DNA of 33,936 nucleotides from a virus (Duplodnaviria > Caudoviricetes), in IMG/VR virus record IMGVR_UViG_3300014885_000008, positions 1 through 33,936 of that record. One strand, written 5' to 3'. Below, piece after piece: positions 1 to 8,170 of this stretch (position 1 is its first letter; every line of letters starts with the position of its first letter). The position numbers and the translations under genes are program-made. Under the pieces are notes generated by a model. That model did no database searches and was not told the DNA's origin. It saw only the letters and a program-made list of their open reading frames with translations.

Positions 1-84
1 CGAGCCGCTAAGATTTGCGGCGTCCTGATCCGTTGATCCGCTGTTGGTTGCGCTGCCCGTGGTCTGAATGTATAGGGTACCCAT
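1..84 (-). CDS. Partial CDS (5' end), probable tail-associated protein
   Basis: ATG at 84 overlaps the TAA of the upstream gene (TAATG); reads MGTLYIQTTGSATNSGSTDQDAANLSGS off the window edge. Confidence 0.6.
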   Translation of the reverse strand, partial: MGTLYIQTTGSATNSGSTDQDAANLSGS

Positions 85-710
85 TACGTCCTCACATAAT
101 CCAGCATCAACGCGATTCGCGTAATGGTGGTCACGCTGTCGATGTTAAAACGAAGAGTGTCCCCTGCCGTGATCGTAACCGTCCAGCCCGTTAACGTTCC
201 ATCCTCGGACTTGGTAGCCGTGGTGATCGTGGGAGGGGCCGCCGCCGTAATTGAGTCTGCGTCGGTCGGCGGGTAGTTGGCGTAGGTGTCCTTCCACACG
301 TCAATGACGATAGAGCCGGACTGATCCGCAAGCAACGTGGCTTTGGTGATTGTTGCGCCGATAGGTATGCGCAGGTCGCCCTTGATACCCGTAGTGAGAA
401 CCGACCCGCCCCCATCAATAATCACACAGATGGTGCCAGTCTTTAGCGCCGTGGCTGATTTAGCCGGGGTGACTACGCCGTTGTCGATTGTCCAAGTTAG
501 GCCGCTAGCGCTAACGGTAATGTCGCCCTTGTCGCCGTCACTGGGCTCAGCGACGCCATCGCCATCGGTATAATCTTGCCAAGCCGCACCGTTGCTGCGC
601 TCGGTGACAAATTCATCGGTTACATAGTACAGGGTACCAATGACAACCGCCGTTGCGGCTGGTTGTGCGGCGCGAGTACCACGTTGGATCGCTTCAGCAA
701 AAAAACTCAT
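84..710 (-). CDS. Tail-associated structural protein (beta-rich C-terminal domain)
   Basis: Start reassigned to ATG 710 (ATGA overlap with upstream stop); T/G/S-rich, with a C-terminal IDGGGS...SGSIVIDVWK...AGDTLRFN domain of a kind common in environmental phage tail proteins. Confidence 0.65.
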   Translation of the reverse strand: MSFFAEAIQRGTRAAQPAATAVVIGTLYYVTDEFVTERSNGAAWQDYTDGDGVAEPSDGDKGDITVSASGLTWTIDNGVVTPAKSATALKTGTICVIIDGGGSVLTTGIKGDLRIPIGATITKATLLADQSGSIVIDVWKDTYANYPPTDADSITAAAPPTITTATKSEDGTLTGWTVTITAGDTLRFNIDSVTTITRIALMLDYVRT

Positions 711-1363
711 GAGCAGATTGCTCCTCCGCAAAGTTCGGTCATTATCACGTCACCATTGGAGTCCCACATTAGCTCCGGCGTAACCGGGTCGCCATTGGAA
801 AGCACACTCCAAGCACTTCCGCCGCTGGCACTAGCCGGCGCCCAAGCTGGCAAACCCGCGGTCACAGTGAGCACGTCGCCCTCGGAGCCGACTCCAAGTC
901 TAGCTATCACGCCTGCTAACCGAACAAAAAGATCACCATTGGTAGTTAATATTGAGCGCAGCACATACTGCGTGTGATCGTCATCAGCAAGGCCATCTAG
1001 GGCCAATCCGTGATCTAGCTTTCCAGCTTCCGCCCCTGTGGTTTGGTGGTTGTGGTCCGCAGACTCCAGCCGATACTGAGGATGATCGTCGTCCCCCAAG
1101 CCTGTCAAGGCCCCGTGATCTCGGGTCCCCAAGTCGGCTAAAGAACAAGCCGCAAGGTCAGCGCAACTAAAAGCGTCTGGAATTGCGGTCAGGCAAATTT
1201 CAACCTGCTGGTCGTTCATGTAGCAGAGTGTCGATACTCCACCAACATCTTTTGCATACACCTTTAGTGTATCTGGAAACACAGGAGGAAAGTCGGCCGG
1301 ATCACTCTCCTCAAAATTAAAATATCCCTGCCAAAGCCAACGTTCCGCGGATCTTTCAATCAT
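707..1363 (-). CDS. Tail fibre-like protein with DHGxLxGLxDDDHxQY repeats
   Basis: Two copies of the motif (DHGALTGLGDDDHPQY, DHGLALDGLADDDHTQY) plus GDL...RLGVGSEGDVLTV fibre-shaft motif; tail-module position. Confidence 0.6.
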   Translation of the reverse strand: MIERSAERWLWQGYFNFEESDPADFPPVFPDTLKVYAKDVGGVSTLCYMNDQQVEICLTAIPDAFSCADLAACSLADLGTRDHGALTGLGDDDHPQYRLESADHNHQTTGAEAGKLDHGLALDGLADDDHTQYVLRSILTTNGDLFVRLAGVIARLGVGSEGDVLTVTAGLPAWAPASASGGSAWSVLSNGDPVTPELMWDSNGDVIMTELCGGAICS

Positions 1364-1784
1364 GCAATTTAGCCTCTAGCTGCTTCAGCACTTCATCGCC
1401 GGAAGCTTTGAAGCTCAGCGCCCATAAATCCCGAATGATTGTCATGGCCTCAAGTTGACCGTGCTTGGCTTTGAGCTTCGCATAGGCGTTAGTGATAAGC
1501 CGGCGAGCCTCGCAGGAGGAACACCCCTGCTTGCCCATCACCTTCGCAAACGGCTTCGCCAACTGCTTCAGTATGTCCCCAAAGCCGACCCCTAGCTCCG
1601 CACTCAACTCCTGTTGTAGGCTCTGAGCAACGGGCTTGACTAGGTGCCCACAGTTATATGATCGACCAACTATCTTCTCCCCCGGCCCGAGCCGAAAGGT
1701 TGCGCCGAAATCTTTGGTGTAGAAGGTCCCGTCCGGCTTGCTGATCTTAGCACAACTAGATATCCCTCGAACGCTCACGGGCAA
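1356..1784 (-). CDS. Hypothetical protein with G-GD...CxxC-x-x-R...N helical motif
   Basis: GVGFGDILKQLAKPFAKVMGKQGCSSCEARRLITN; overlaps both neighbours, consistent with translational coupling. Confidence 0.7.
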   Translation of the reverse strand: MPVSVRGISSCAKISKPDGTFYTKDFGATFRLGPGEKIVGRSYNCGHLVKPVAQSLQQELSAELGVGFGDILKQLAKPFAKVMGKQGCSSCEARRLITNAYAKLKAKHGQLEAMTIIRDLWALSFKASGDEVLKQLEAKLHD

Positions 1785-3304
1785 CCTCCATCAATGTCAA
1801 GTGTGACCCCTGTTACTACGGTTTGGTCGGCAGTGCTAAAATTTACAACAAAAGAATGGCTAAGCCCTAGATCGGGAGTATCCGCGTCTATTAACCTAAC
1901 CGTACTCGTAGAGCTTGCGCTCGCGCCGAACCCAATGATAGAAGTTAAACCATTGTTCGCCATCCAGTGTGGGTTCAAAATCTTGGTGGCAAAACAACTC
2001 GTAGTATAGTTGATAGGGCCGCAACCCTCCCCGTTCATTCGAAAAGTAGAGGTGCAATTGCAAGGAAAAGGAGGGTCTGGGTTTGGATCGCCCTCGCAAC
2101 AATTCGGCCCCAAAAAACTAACGCATTCCAATTTTATGTTAGGAAAAAGATCAACGTAGTCTGTTACCAATCCGCCCGCACAATTCCGAAGCGTATTGTG
2201 TTGTCGTATTTTAATTTCATGGGCCACGCCTGCCAATTGTGAACTGCAAAATCCAGCGACAACAACAAGGTCGTACCCGATCTCAATATATCCGGCGCCT
2301 GAAAGACAGCCGGCTTCAGTAACAAAAGCTGTGGTGTTCTTGCCACTTAATGCTGAAAGCTGCGCGTTAGTATTACCAACGTCCATTATGGCCGTAACGC
2401 CAACTGCATCCGTGAGGGTCACTATGCCATCGACGATGCCCCAAGTATAAGGGCCTATGCCTTGGCAAGCTTTCAGCTTAACAGTCTGGTTGTCCGGGCA
2501 ACTCAGCGTGCAACTTTCTGAGCAACACTGTATGTTAAGACTAGAACTGGAAGTACAAACACAAGAGCTTGACGCCAACTCCACGTCGCCGTAGCCATTA
2601 AAGCTCTCGCCGGTCGTCTTGGCCGTCTTACCATCGGGGCCGCCCACGATAGGCGCCTGAAAACATTCATCCCCCGAATAAAAACACGCTCCCACGGGCC
2701 AGCCGCAAATACCAAACGTCTCTCCCGGTGGAATGATAAAATCAACAGGGGGACACCCGTCGCACCCCATCACGGTGATGGAATTAATATCTTCGTGCAT
2801 TATGACACGGAATGTATTACACGCTCCACAATCCAACACCAAAGCCCCGTCCACGGAGCACGTTGGACAGGGGGTATCGTCTTCATCCAGATTCAGGGCC
2901 GCGATGCTTGTATGCTCCTGGGTTGCCGCCTGCTGATTTTGCAGGAAGCCCATATCCCCGACTACGGCGCCTACTTCCGGCGCCCGAGGCAGCAAGATCG
3001 GAATATGACGCGAGACGCCCTGATTAGACGCGAGGTATGTAACCACGGTGACTATATCCGAGAATGTTGCGCCACCATCTTGAGTTAATTTATACCAATA
3101 TTTTGTCCCGTCATCCAACAAGGTGTCTTCATACTCGAAAATATCCGAAGACATGGGTCCGGCTACGAGAGAATAGGAAACGCCGTCAATGGACCGATAG
3201 ACACTCACGTCCACTTGCACGGCCCCGATCTTCTCCCACCTAAGCGTAGTGGTTTTTATGTTGTTAGCTTCGACGCGAACATTGGAGAAATCGGCATCAG
3301 GCAC
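1775..3304 (-). CDS. Cysteine-rich virion/tail protein with N-terminal FN3-like domain
   Basis: N-terminus has an FN3-like pattern (LRW...VYRS...YEDT.L..GTKYWYKL); 27 Cys counted, all after about residue 145. Confidence 0.7.
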   Translation of the reverse strand: MPDADFSNVRVEANNIKTTTLRWEKIGAVQVDVSVYRSIDGVSYSLVAGPMSSDIFEYEDTLLDDGTKYWYKLTQDGGATFSDIVTVVTYLASNQGVSRHIPILLPRAPEVGAVVGDMGFLQNQQAATQEHTSIAALNLDEDDTPCPTCSVDGALVLDCGACNTFRVIMHEDINSITVMGCDGCPPVDFIIPPGETFGICGWPVGACFYSGDECFQAPIVGGPDGKTAKTTGESFNGYGDVELASSSCVCTSSSSLNIQCCSESCTLSCPDNQTVKLKACQGIGPYTWGIVDGIVTLTDAVGVTAIMDVGNTNAQLSALSGKNTTAFVTEAGCLSGAGYIEIGYDLVVVAGFCSSQLAGVAHEIKIRQHNTLRNCAGGLVTDYVDLFPNIKLECVSFLGPNCCEGDPNPDPPFPCNCTSTFRMNGEGCGPINYTTSCFATKILNPHWMANNGLTSIIGFGASASSTSTVRLIDADTPDLGLSHSFVVNFSTADQTVVTGVTLDIDGGCP

Positions 3305-4659
3305 TAGATCACCTTATCACTTTGTTGAAACTCTGCCGTGTCAGTGTTCTCTGAAACGGGTTCCCACTTGAAGGCGGCAGACCGGATCTCGGCCACTCTG
3401 CCGGCTCGGTCATGGTACAAACGTATCTTCAGATTAAAAGTGGTCCCCTCGCACGGCTGAGCGGGCTCATAAGAAACAGACACGGTGTCCTGCCCCAAGT
3501 GGCCCTTTAAATCAAAACTTTGTTCGTACAACCACTCCTCGCGGTCGTCGATAGCTATCGAAATTCGAGCACGGGTATGCGGCACCCTGGTAAAACGCAA
3601 CTCGACCCGGTGTAGAATTTTTTGAATGTTCTGGTCGAAATCTTGCCAATCACTCGTAATGTACCTAGTGATAGGCGTACCCGCATCGTCGATAGCATCC
3701 GGGTCGTTTATTTCGTACACCAAGTTATCAAGGCAAGCCCCGAATGATCGGGTGGCCTGGGTCGGCTCAAACTTAATGCTGATAGCATCAAGCCATTCGT
3801 GTGCCCTGTAGGTTCTGTGGGCAAACTCTCCCGTGCGAAAATTATAGGCGATACGAGCACTCGCGTGGTCATCGCCCGGCACTCGATAGAAAAGATAGTA
3901 TGTGTCGTTGTCGCTATCCACCGCGGACGTACAGCGGTCAGCATAGAGCGGGTCCATGGTTTTTTGGAGCTTGTCGATCACCTTCGGAGGCAGCGCCTTC
4001 ACCACACCCATGTCTATCTGATAAAGCTGATAGTCGGTGGCGAGCATCACATGCCCCTTGTTACCCACCATCTGAAGCGATAGGGGCGCAAGTATCCCCT
4101 CGTCGAAGGCAAGCATTTCCTGCTGGAATCTCACCTTGCCACCAACGAAACGAACGGCCGCCACGCCATCCGCCTTATACACCATTTGAAGCGGCCCCTG
4201 GGCAAGTGCGGACAGCACCTCTCCAGGCGTCTCATCCAAATTTATTTCGAACCCGTTACAGCTACTCCAATCGGTGTCATAGCTAAGAGAAAACAAACCC
4301 TGTCGTGGAAATGTCCCTTCGCTTGTGATTACGTTCCACAAAAACAAATGCTTCATGTAATCGCAAACGGCAACGGCCTTCGGAGGTGTTCCGCCCAAGG
4401 CAACGGTGGTGCCGCTCCCTGTGTACTTCCGGGGCAGGTCATGCTGTTCATTTGTGAATATGGTCACGCCTTTGTGTGAGGCCCATTGCGCCCGCGTAGT
4501 AGCATCCCCGGTTAAAGCTATCCCGGTTATCCCGGTCCACTGGTTTGTCAGATGGTTGTAGCTGTAGACTTGGGTAGCCGTCATCGCGAGTAATTGCTCA
4601 CTGTAATTATGCCCAGTGTACTCGAAAAGTCGAATAACGGGACCTGCAAAACTAGCCAT
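3304..4659 (-). CDS. Tail nozzle / head-to-tail stabilisation protein (P22 gp10 / T7 gp12-like beta-propeller), main fragment
   Basis: Size, beta-rich repeats, TSDWQDF...KILHRVEL C-terminal pattern and position after the adaptor gene. Confidence 0.65.
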   Translation of the reverse strand: MASFAGPVIRLFEYTGHNYSEQLLAMTATQVYSYNHLTNQWTGITGIALTGDATTRAQWASHKGVTIFTNEQHDLPRKYTGSGTTVALGGTPPKAVAVCDYMKHLFLWNVITSEGTFPRQGLFSLSYDTDWSSCNGFEINLDETPGEVLSALAQGPLQMVYKADGVAAVRFVGGKVRFQQEMLAFDEGILAPLSLQMVGNKGHVMLATDYQLYQIDMGVVKALPPKVIDKLQKTMDPLYADRCTSAVDSDNDTYYLFYRVPGDDHASARIAYNFRTGEFAHRTYRAHEWLDAISIKFEPTQATRSFGACLDNLVYEINDPDAIDDAGTPITRYITSDWQDFDQNIQKILHRVELRFTRVPHTRARISIAIDDREEWLYEQSFDLKGHLGQDTVSVSYEPAQPCEGTTFNLKIRLYHDRAGRVAEIRSAAFKWEPVSENTDTAEFQQSDKVI

Positions 4660-4847
4660 TATCCGAATCCTCCTTCGGCGCCATCATCAAAACCAGAAAG
4701 GTCGGCTAGGGGCGTGATTCCTCGGCACCCAATGACCCGGCCCCTTCGCACTTCCACACCATCAAGGTCGGTGGTGAGTTTGGAGTCGCCATCGTCCGTC
4801 AACGATTCATCGAGCCCGCCGAAACTAGAAATCCTAAAAGTTTCCAT
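4659..4847 (-). CDS. Small ORF resembling the N-terminal segment of nozzle proteins
   Basis: FGGLD...GVEVRRGRVIGCRG; TAATG-coupled to both neighbours. Confidence 0.55.
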   Translation of the reverse strand: METFRISSFGGLDESLTDDGDSKLTTDLDGVEVRRGRVIGCRGITPLADLSGFDDGAEGGFG

Positions 4848-5188
4848 TATAGGTAGAGGCCCCGGCTGCGACAGCGGACAACAAGAAATTTGTCAAACTC
4901 CTCATCACTCTGCTCGGTGCGAGCTTTATAGGTGACAAGGTAATCTTGGCCGTTCACGAGATTTTTGATCTTTGCATCCACCCTGGTGCCGGTGATCGCA
5001 ACTTCGCTCACTATGTCGTTCTTGACGACCCCATCTTGATTCACGGCCGTGACTGAGGTGCCCCCGGCTGCAACAGCTTTTATGCTATCACCCTCGGGGA
5101 TCTCGTCCTCAAAACTAAATCCCACCACTTCCCCTCTAAGGCTAGGAGAGAGATACAGCAGATCATCATGCGTCAGGAGTGAAGCCAT
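4847..5188 (-). CDS. Small beta-sandwich tail/fibre adaptor-like protein
   Basis: P...E.VGFSF...EGDSI...GQDYLVT...T pattern; GAGGTG RBS; tail-module position. Confidence 0.5.
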   Translation of the reverse strand: MASLLTHDDLLYLSPSLRGEVVGFSFEDEIPEGDSIKAVAAGGTSVTAVNQDGVVKNDIVSEVAITGTRVDAKIKNLVNGQDYLVTYKARTEQSDEEFDKFLVVRCRSRGLYL

Positions 5189-5198
5189 TTAATCACCT

Positions 5199-6062
5199 CT
5201 AAAAGAAAGAGCCCTTGTTGTGGTGGTCAGTAACCGTTACTTTCTTGCTTGGGTGAAGCAAGCCGAGTTCTTGTGTCACTCGGTACTCAAGAAACTTTCG
5301 TTCCTCCAACGGCAACCTATAATCAGGCGCAAGGTCATACGCCAACTTGTAGATCAAGTAGTTTTCCCATCCAGCCGGCATGTCCGGGTTATCGCCCGGC
5401 AGATCAAAATCGAATAGAGGCCGCTCGTACACGTAGTACAAAAGCTCCCCATTGACATACTCCGTGCCTGTTACCCACGCGGCCCCGGCGCTGCCTTCAA
5501 GTTGCCAGTAGAGCCCGTAGCCTTCGCCCGTAATTGGGCGATTAACCGCCGCCGCTGTGTGTTTTTGGATGCACGTATAATTGAGGCCATCCGTTCCGAG
5601 AACTTCACTTCCCGCGGTGACGGTGAGCGGTACCGGGTTAACATAGAGAACCTGTTCCTCCAAGTCGATATCGTTTTTGAAATAGGCTTGTTTAACCGAA
5701 CCCTCTTCAACCTTGTTTGTTAACTGATTCCATTGCACGTGGGTTATGAGGTGGATCGGACAATCCCGGCCGTCTATACCTCGATACACCATGGATTTTA
5801 TGTTGAGGGTGTTGTGGGCCAATCCATACTGATACACCCCTGGCGTCAAGATGAGGGCCGTTTCTTGCAATGCCCATAGATGATCGACCCGCGAATCACC
5901 ACGAGCACTTTCTGATCGGATGATTTTGTTCAGCGATTTGATCGCGTCGTCAATTTGAATAAGTGAATAGCCGCCCTTGCGGCTCTTTGTCACTTTTTTC
6001 AAAGCGGCTGCGATAATCTCATCGCGCCGAAATCCAGAATTAAAAGTGGTTCCTGTAGCCAT
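5199..6062 (-). CDS. Tail adaptor / head-tail connector (P22 gp4 / T7 gp11-like) with inserted CBM5/12-like segment
   Basis: RDEIIAAALKK...LN N-terminus, D.P..W...L.Y.LA..LAP.Y C-terminus; internal V.GTDGLNYTCIQKHT...P.TG....YW segment. Confidence 0.7.
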   Translation of the reverse strand: MATGTTFNSGFRRDEIIAAALKKVTKSRKGGYSLIQIDDAIKSLNKIIRSESARGDSRVDHLWALQETALILTPGVYQYGLAHNTLNIKSMVYRGIDGRDCPIHLITHVQWNQLTNKVEEGSVKQAYFKNDIDLEEQVLYVNPVPLTVTAGSEVLGTDGLNYTCIQKHTAAAVNRPITGEGYGLYWQLEGSAGAAWVTGTEYVNGELLYYVYERPLFDFDLPGDNPDMPAGWENYLIYKLAYDLAPDYRLPLEERKFLEYRVTQELGLLHPSKKVTVTDHHNKGSFF

Positions 6063-6064
6063 GT

Positions 6065-6430
6065 TTACTCATACACGATCGTTAGAATGACTTCGGAAGT
6101 AGGCGCAGTAACGCCGGCCAACACGCCTGTGGTTGTGGCTGCCACACTGAGGGCCGTGCCGAAAGCCAAGCCTTCGGGAAATACAATGGTGCGTTTAACT
6201 GAGGCCGGGATCTTCAGAACATAATCCGGGGACGTGGTGCCCAAGGTTACAGAACCAGAAGCTACGTCCCACAACTTCAAATACGTGACGGCCGCATTGG
6301 CCGTGTTATCCACAATTATATGGTGCAGTGTGCCGGCCGAAGCTTTCACCCCGGTGACAGAATCCACGTCCGAGTTGATGTACTTCGTGAGCCCCGCGGG
6401 GTTATCTATGACAACTTGAGTTACGGCCAT
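6065..6430 (-). CDS. Virion structural protein (small jelly-roll-like)
   Basis: VKASAGTLH.I.V.N...YLKLWD...P.GLAFGTALSVA pattern; GGAGG RBS. Confidence 0.6.
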   Translation of the reverse strand: MAVTQVVIDNPAGLTKYINSDVDSVTGVKASAGTLHHIIVDNTANAAVTYLKLWDVASGSVTLGTTSPDYVLKIPASVKRTIVFPEGLAFGTALSVAATTTGVLAGVTAPTSEVILTIVYE

Positions 6431-6431
6431 G

Positions 6432-6668
6432 CTACCTCCGTGCGGGCGGGATGATTACCGGCTGCCCTGTAACCGGATCTATGCCACCAAATCTAGGTAG
6501 CGGGTCACTTTGTCGCGGAGCCATGGGCTGAGGGGATCTCCCCATGCTTAGCATCCGAAGAATGTCGTCCAAACTCGCTTGTCCTTTTTGCGCCATGAGG
6601 GGGATCAACGAAATTGGATTAAACCTCGTCATGCCTCGCGCAACTTCTTGGCCCATGTCATCTGCCAT
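6432..6668 (-). CDS. Hypothetical protein
   Basis: AGGAG RBS before ATG; fills the gap between endolysin and virion gene. Confidence 0.55.
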   Translation of the reverse strand: MADDMGQEVARGMTRFNPISLIPLMAQKGQASLDDILRMLSMGRSPQPMAPRQSDPLPRFGGIDPVTGQPVIIPPARR

Positions 6669-6688
6669 GATATATCTCCTGTACCCTT

Positions 6689-7132
6689 TTATTCGTTATT
6701 GTATATCGTCCCGACTAGAAGCATCGTGGCTACCCGCTTTGCTCTTGCCGGCGTGTCCTGGCGAGCCCACTTGCTGTCAAGCGCGTGGTCATGGGCTTCT
6801 TTCCATCGCATGTATCTGAGGGAGAGAAGCATATTCTTGAAACCAAGCAGCCCCGAGGTTCCGAGTTGAAAGGCCATCAACACCAGTGCAGCAAACCGCA
6901 CTTGATCCAATTCCTTCGACCACGGCAAAGCCCTTTCCACCTCGTCTATCTTTTCCTGCACGTCGATATCGAGTTGGAGTTCTATGACTTGGGGCGACAA
7001 CCCTGCGCCCTTACGCTTATCGACCAAGTGGCCGACCCCGATCGTCCAAAAGCCAAGATGGTCCTGATAGGCGTGGGCCACGGTGTTCTCTTCCACACGT
7101 AGAGTTTTTTTGAGATACTCTGTTAATCTCAT
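6689..7132 (-). CDS. Endolysin, T4-lysozyme-like (GH24)
   Basis: Start reassigned to ATG 7132 (AAGGA RBS); E...AYQDHLGFWTIGVGH catalytic region, MAFQLG..GL..F..ML, SKWARQ.TPARAKR. Confidence 0.92.
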   Translation of the reverse strand: MRLTEYLKKTLRVEENTVAHAYQDHLGFWTIGVGHLVDKRKGAGLSPQVIELQLDIDVQEKIDEVERALPWSKELDQVRFAALVLMAFQLGTSGLLGFKNMLLSLRYMRWKEAHDHALDSKWARQDTPARAKRVATMLLVGTIYNNE

Positions 7133-7149
7133 GGCTTCCTTTTTAGAGC

Positions 7150-7219
7150 GGCAGGAAGAGGGATTCGAACCCTCATCTACCCGATGGGCGGGCGTTCTAC
7201 CAATTTGAATTATTCCCGC
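7150..7219 (-). tRNA. tRNA-like gene with truncated anticodon arm (isotype not assignable)
   Basis: Acceptor GCGGGAA/TTCCTGC, T8A9, D arm ATTC-AAATTGGTA-GAAC, T arm GAGGG-TTCGAAT-CCCTC; anticodon arm only CCCG-CCCAT-CGGG; no encoded CCA. Confidence 0.8.
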
Positions 7220-7220
7220 C

Positions 7221-7263
7221 ATAAAATAAAAAGGGCCGCCGCAGCGCTGCCGCAGACGGCCCC
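7221..7263 (-). terminator. Intrinsic terminator-like hairpin
   Basis: Minus strand GGGCCGTC...GGCGGCCC followed by TTTTTATTTT; the G-U pair works only on the minus strand. Confidence 0.65.
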
Positions 7264-7267
7264 TGAG

Positions 7268-7340
7268 TGGGCGGTGTTCACCCTAGAGCCGTGTTCACCA
7301 ATCGGTGAACATGACAAAAGGGTGAACCCCGTTTATTTTT
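7268..7340 (+). other. Long nested hairpin followed by T-run, oriented antisense to the late operon
   Basis: 7268-7284 pairs with 7319-7335 using three G-U pairs on the plus strand; inner GTGTTCACC-AATC-GGTGAACAT hairpin. Confidence 0.55.
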
Positions 7341-7370
7341 CCGATAGCTTAACAACCCCAGGTTGTTAAA

Positions 7371-8144
7371 CTAGGCCAACTTCGTGTAGAACAGGTGGCC
7401 CAAGCCTTTGAAGGTATCGCTTCCTGACGGGGTATAAACCAAGGACTTGATGGTGCCGTCCGTGGCATAATTCCGCTTTGCCCAACCACCAACGGTAGCC
7501 ACCGCATCAGCGCCGGCAATCGCCTGCGCCAAGTAGGCACCATAACCCGCCGTCTCGACGAGGTAGTCGATGTTTGTTCCGCCAGTAACCACGGGGTACA
7601 GGGTCGGGAAACCCAAGTTCGCCACGGTGACTAGCTTTGCGAGGCCGTCCTCGTCGCCGCTTTCAACAGCGTTGATAAATCCGATATCCACGGTTTCGCC
7701 GGCATCAACCGCCAACACTTGAACCGCAACGTCCGTTATCAACATGCCAATTGGAATGTCGAAACCCGTATCGACCACCGTCCCGCCAGCTAGGAAAAGC
7801 ATCGGGAAAGTGAATACCTGAAAACGTTGCTCGGGGTAAATGTCCAAACGATGCACCGAGCTATTGATACCTTTGGCGTAGATCGCAGAGCCATCGGCCA
7901 TCAACACAGACACGTCCACCGCGGTAACTGTTTTGGCAGTATAAAACACCAAGTTGCCGCTAGACAAAGTTACCGGCTGAGTGAGAGCAGTACCTTGTTG
8001 GTCAGCCTTTAGAGTAACCGGGTCCGATGACGTAACCAAGGTCTGAGCGGAGTTCAAGACCACCGCTTTGGCTGCACTGTCATTAACGAAAGCGCCGGTG
8101 CGTTTGTTCCAAATCTGAATAGCCCATTCTTTATATTGAGACAT
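7371..8144 (-). CDS. Virion structural protein (capsid-associated)
   Basis: Start reassigned to ATG 8144 (AAGGAGG RBS); beta-rich, two genes downstream of MCP. Confidence 0.65.
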   Translation of the reverse strand: MSQYKEWAIQIWNKRTGAFVNDSAAKAVVLNSAQTLVTSSDPVTLKADQQGTALTQPVTLSSGNLVFYTAKTVTAVDVSVLMADGSAIYAKGINSSVHRLDIYPEQRFQVFTFPMLFLAGGTVVDTGFDIPIGMLITDVAVQVLAVDAGETVDIGFINAVESGDEDGLAKLVTVANLGFPTLYPVVTGGTNIDYLVETAGYGAYLAQAIAGADAVATVGGWAKRNYATDGTIKSLVYTPSGSDTFKGLGHLFYTKLA

Positions 8145-8170
8145 GAATGTCCTCCTTCCTGTCTTGTTCA

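Noticed and set aside
7133-7222. 30 aa N-terminal extension of the endolysin in the ORF track
   Set aside because: It is the translation of the tRNA-like gene; ATG 7132 has its own RBS and gives a normal GH24 N-terminus
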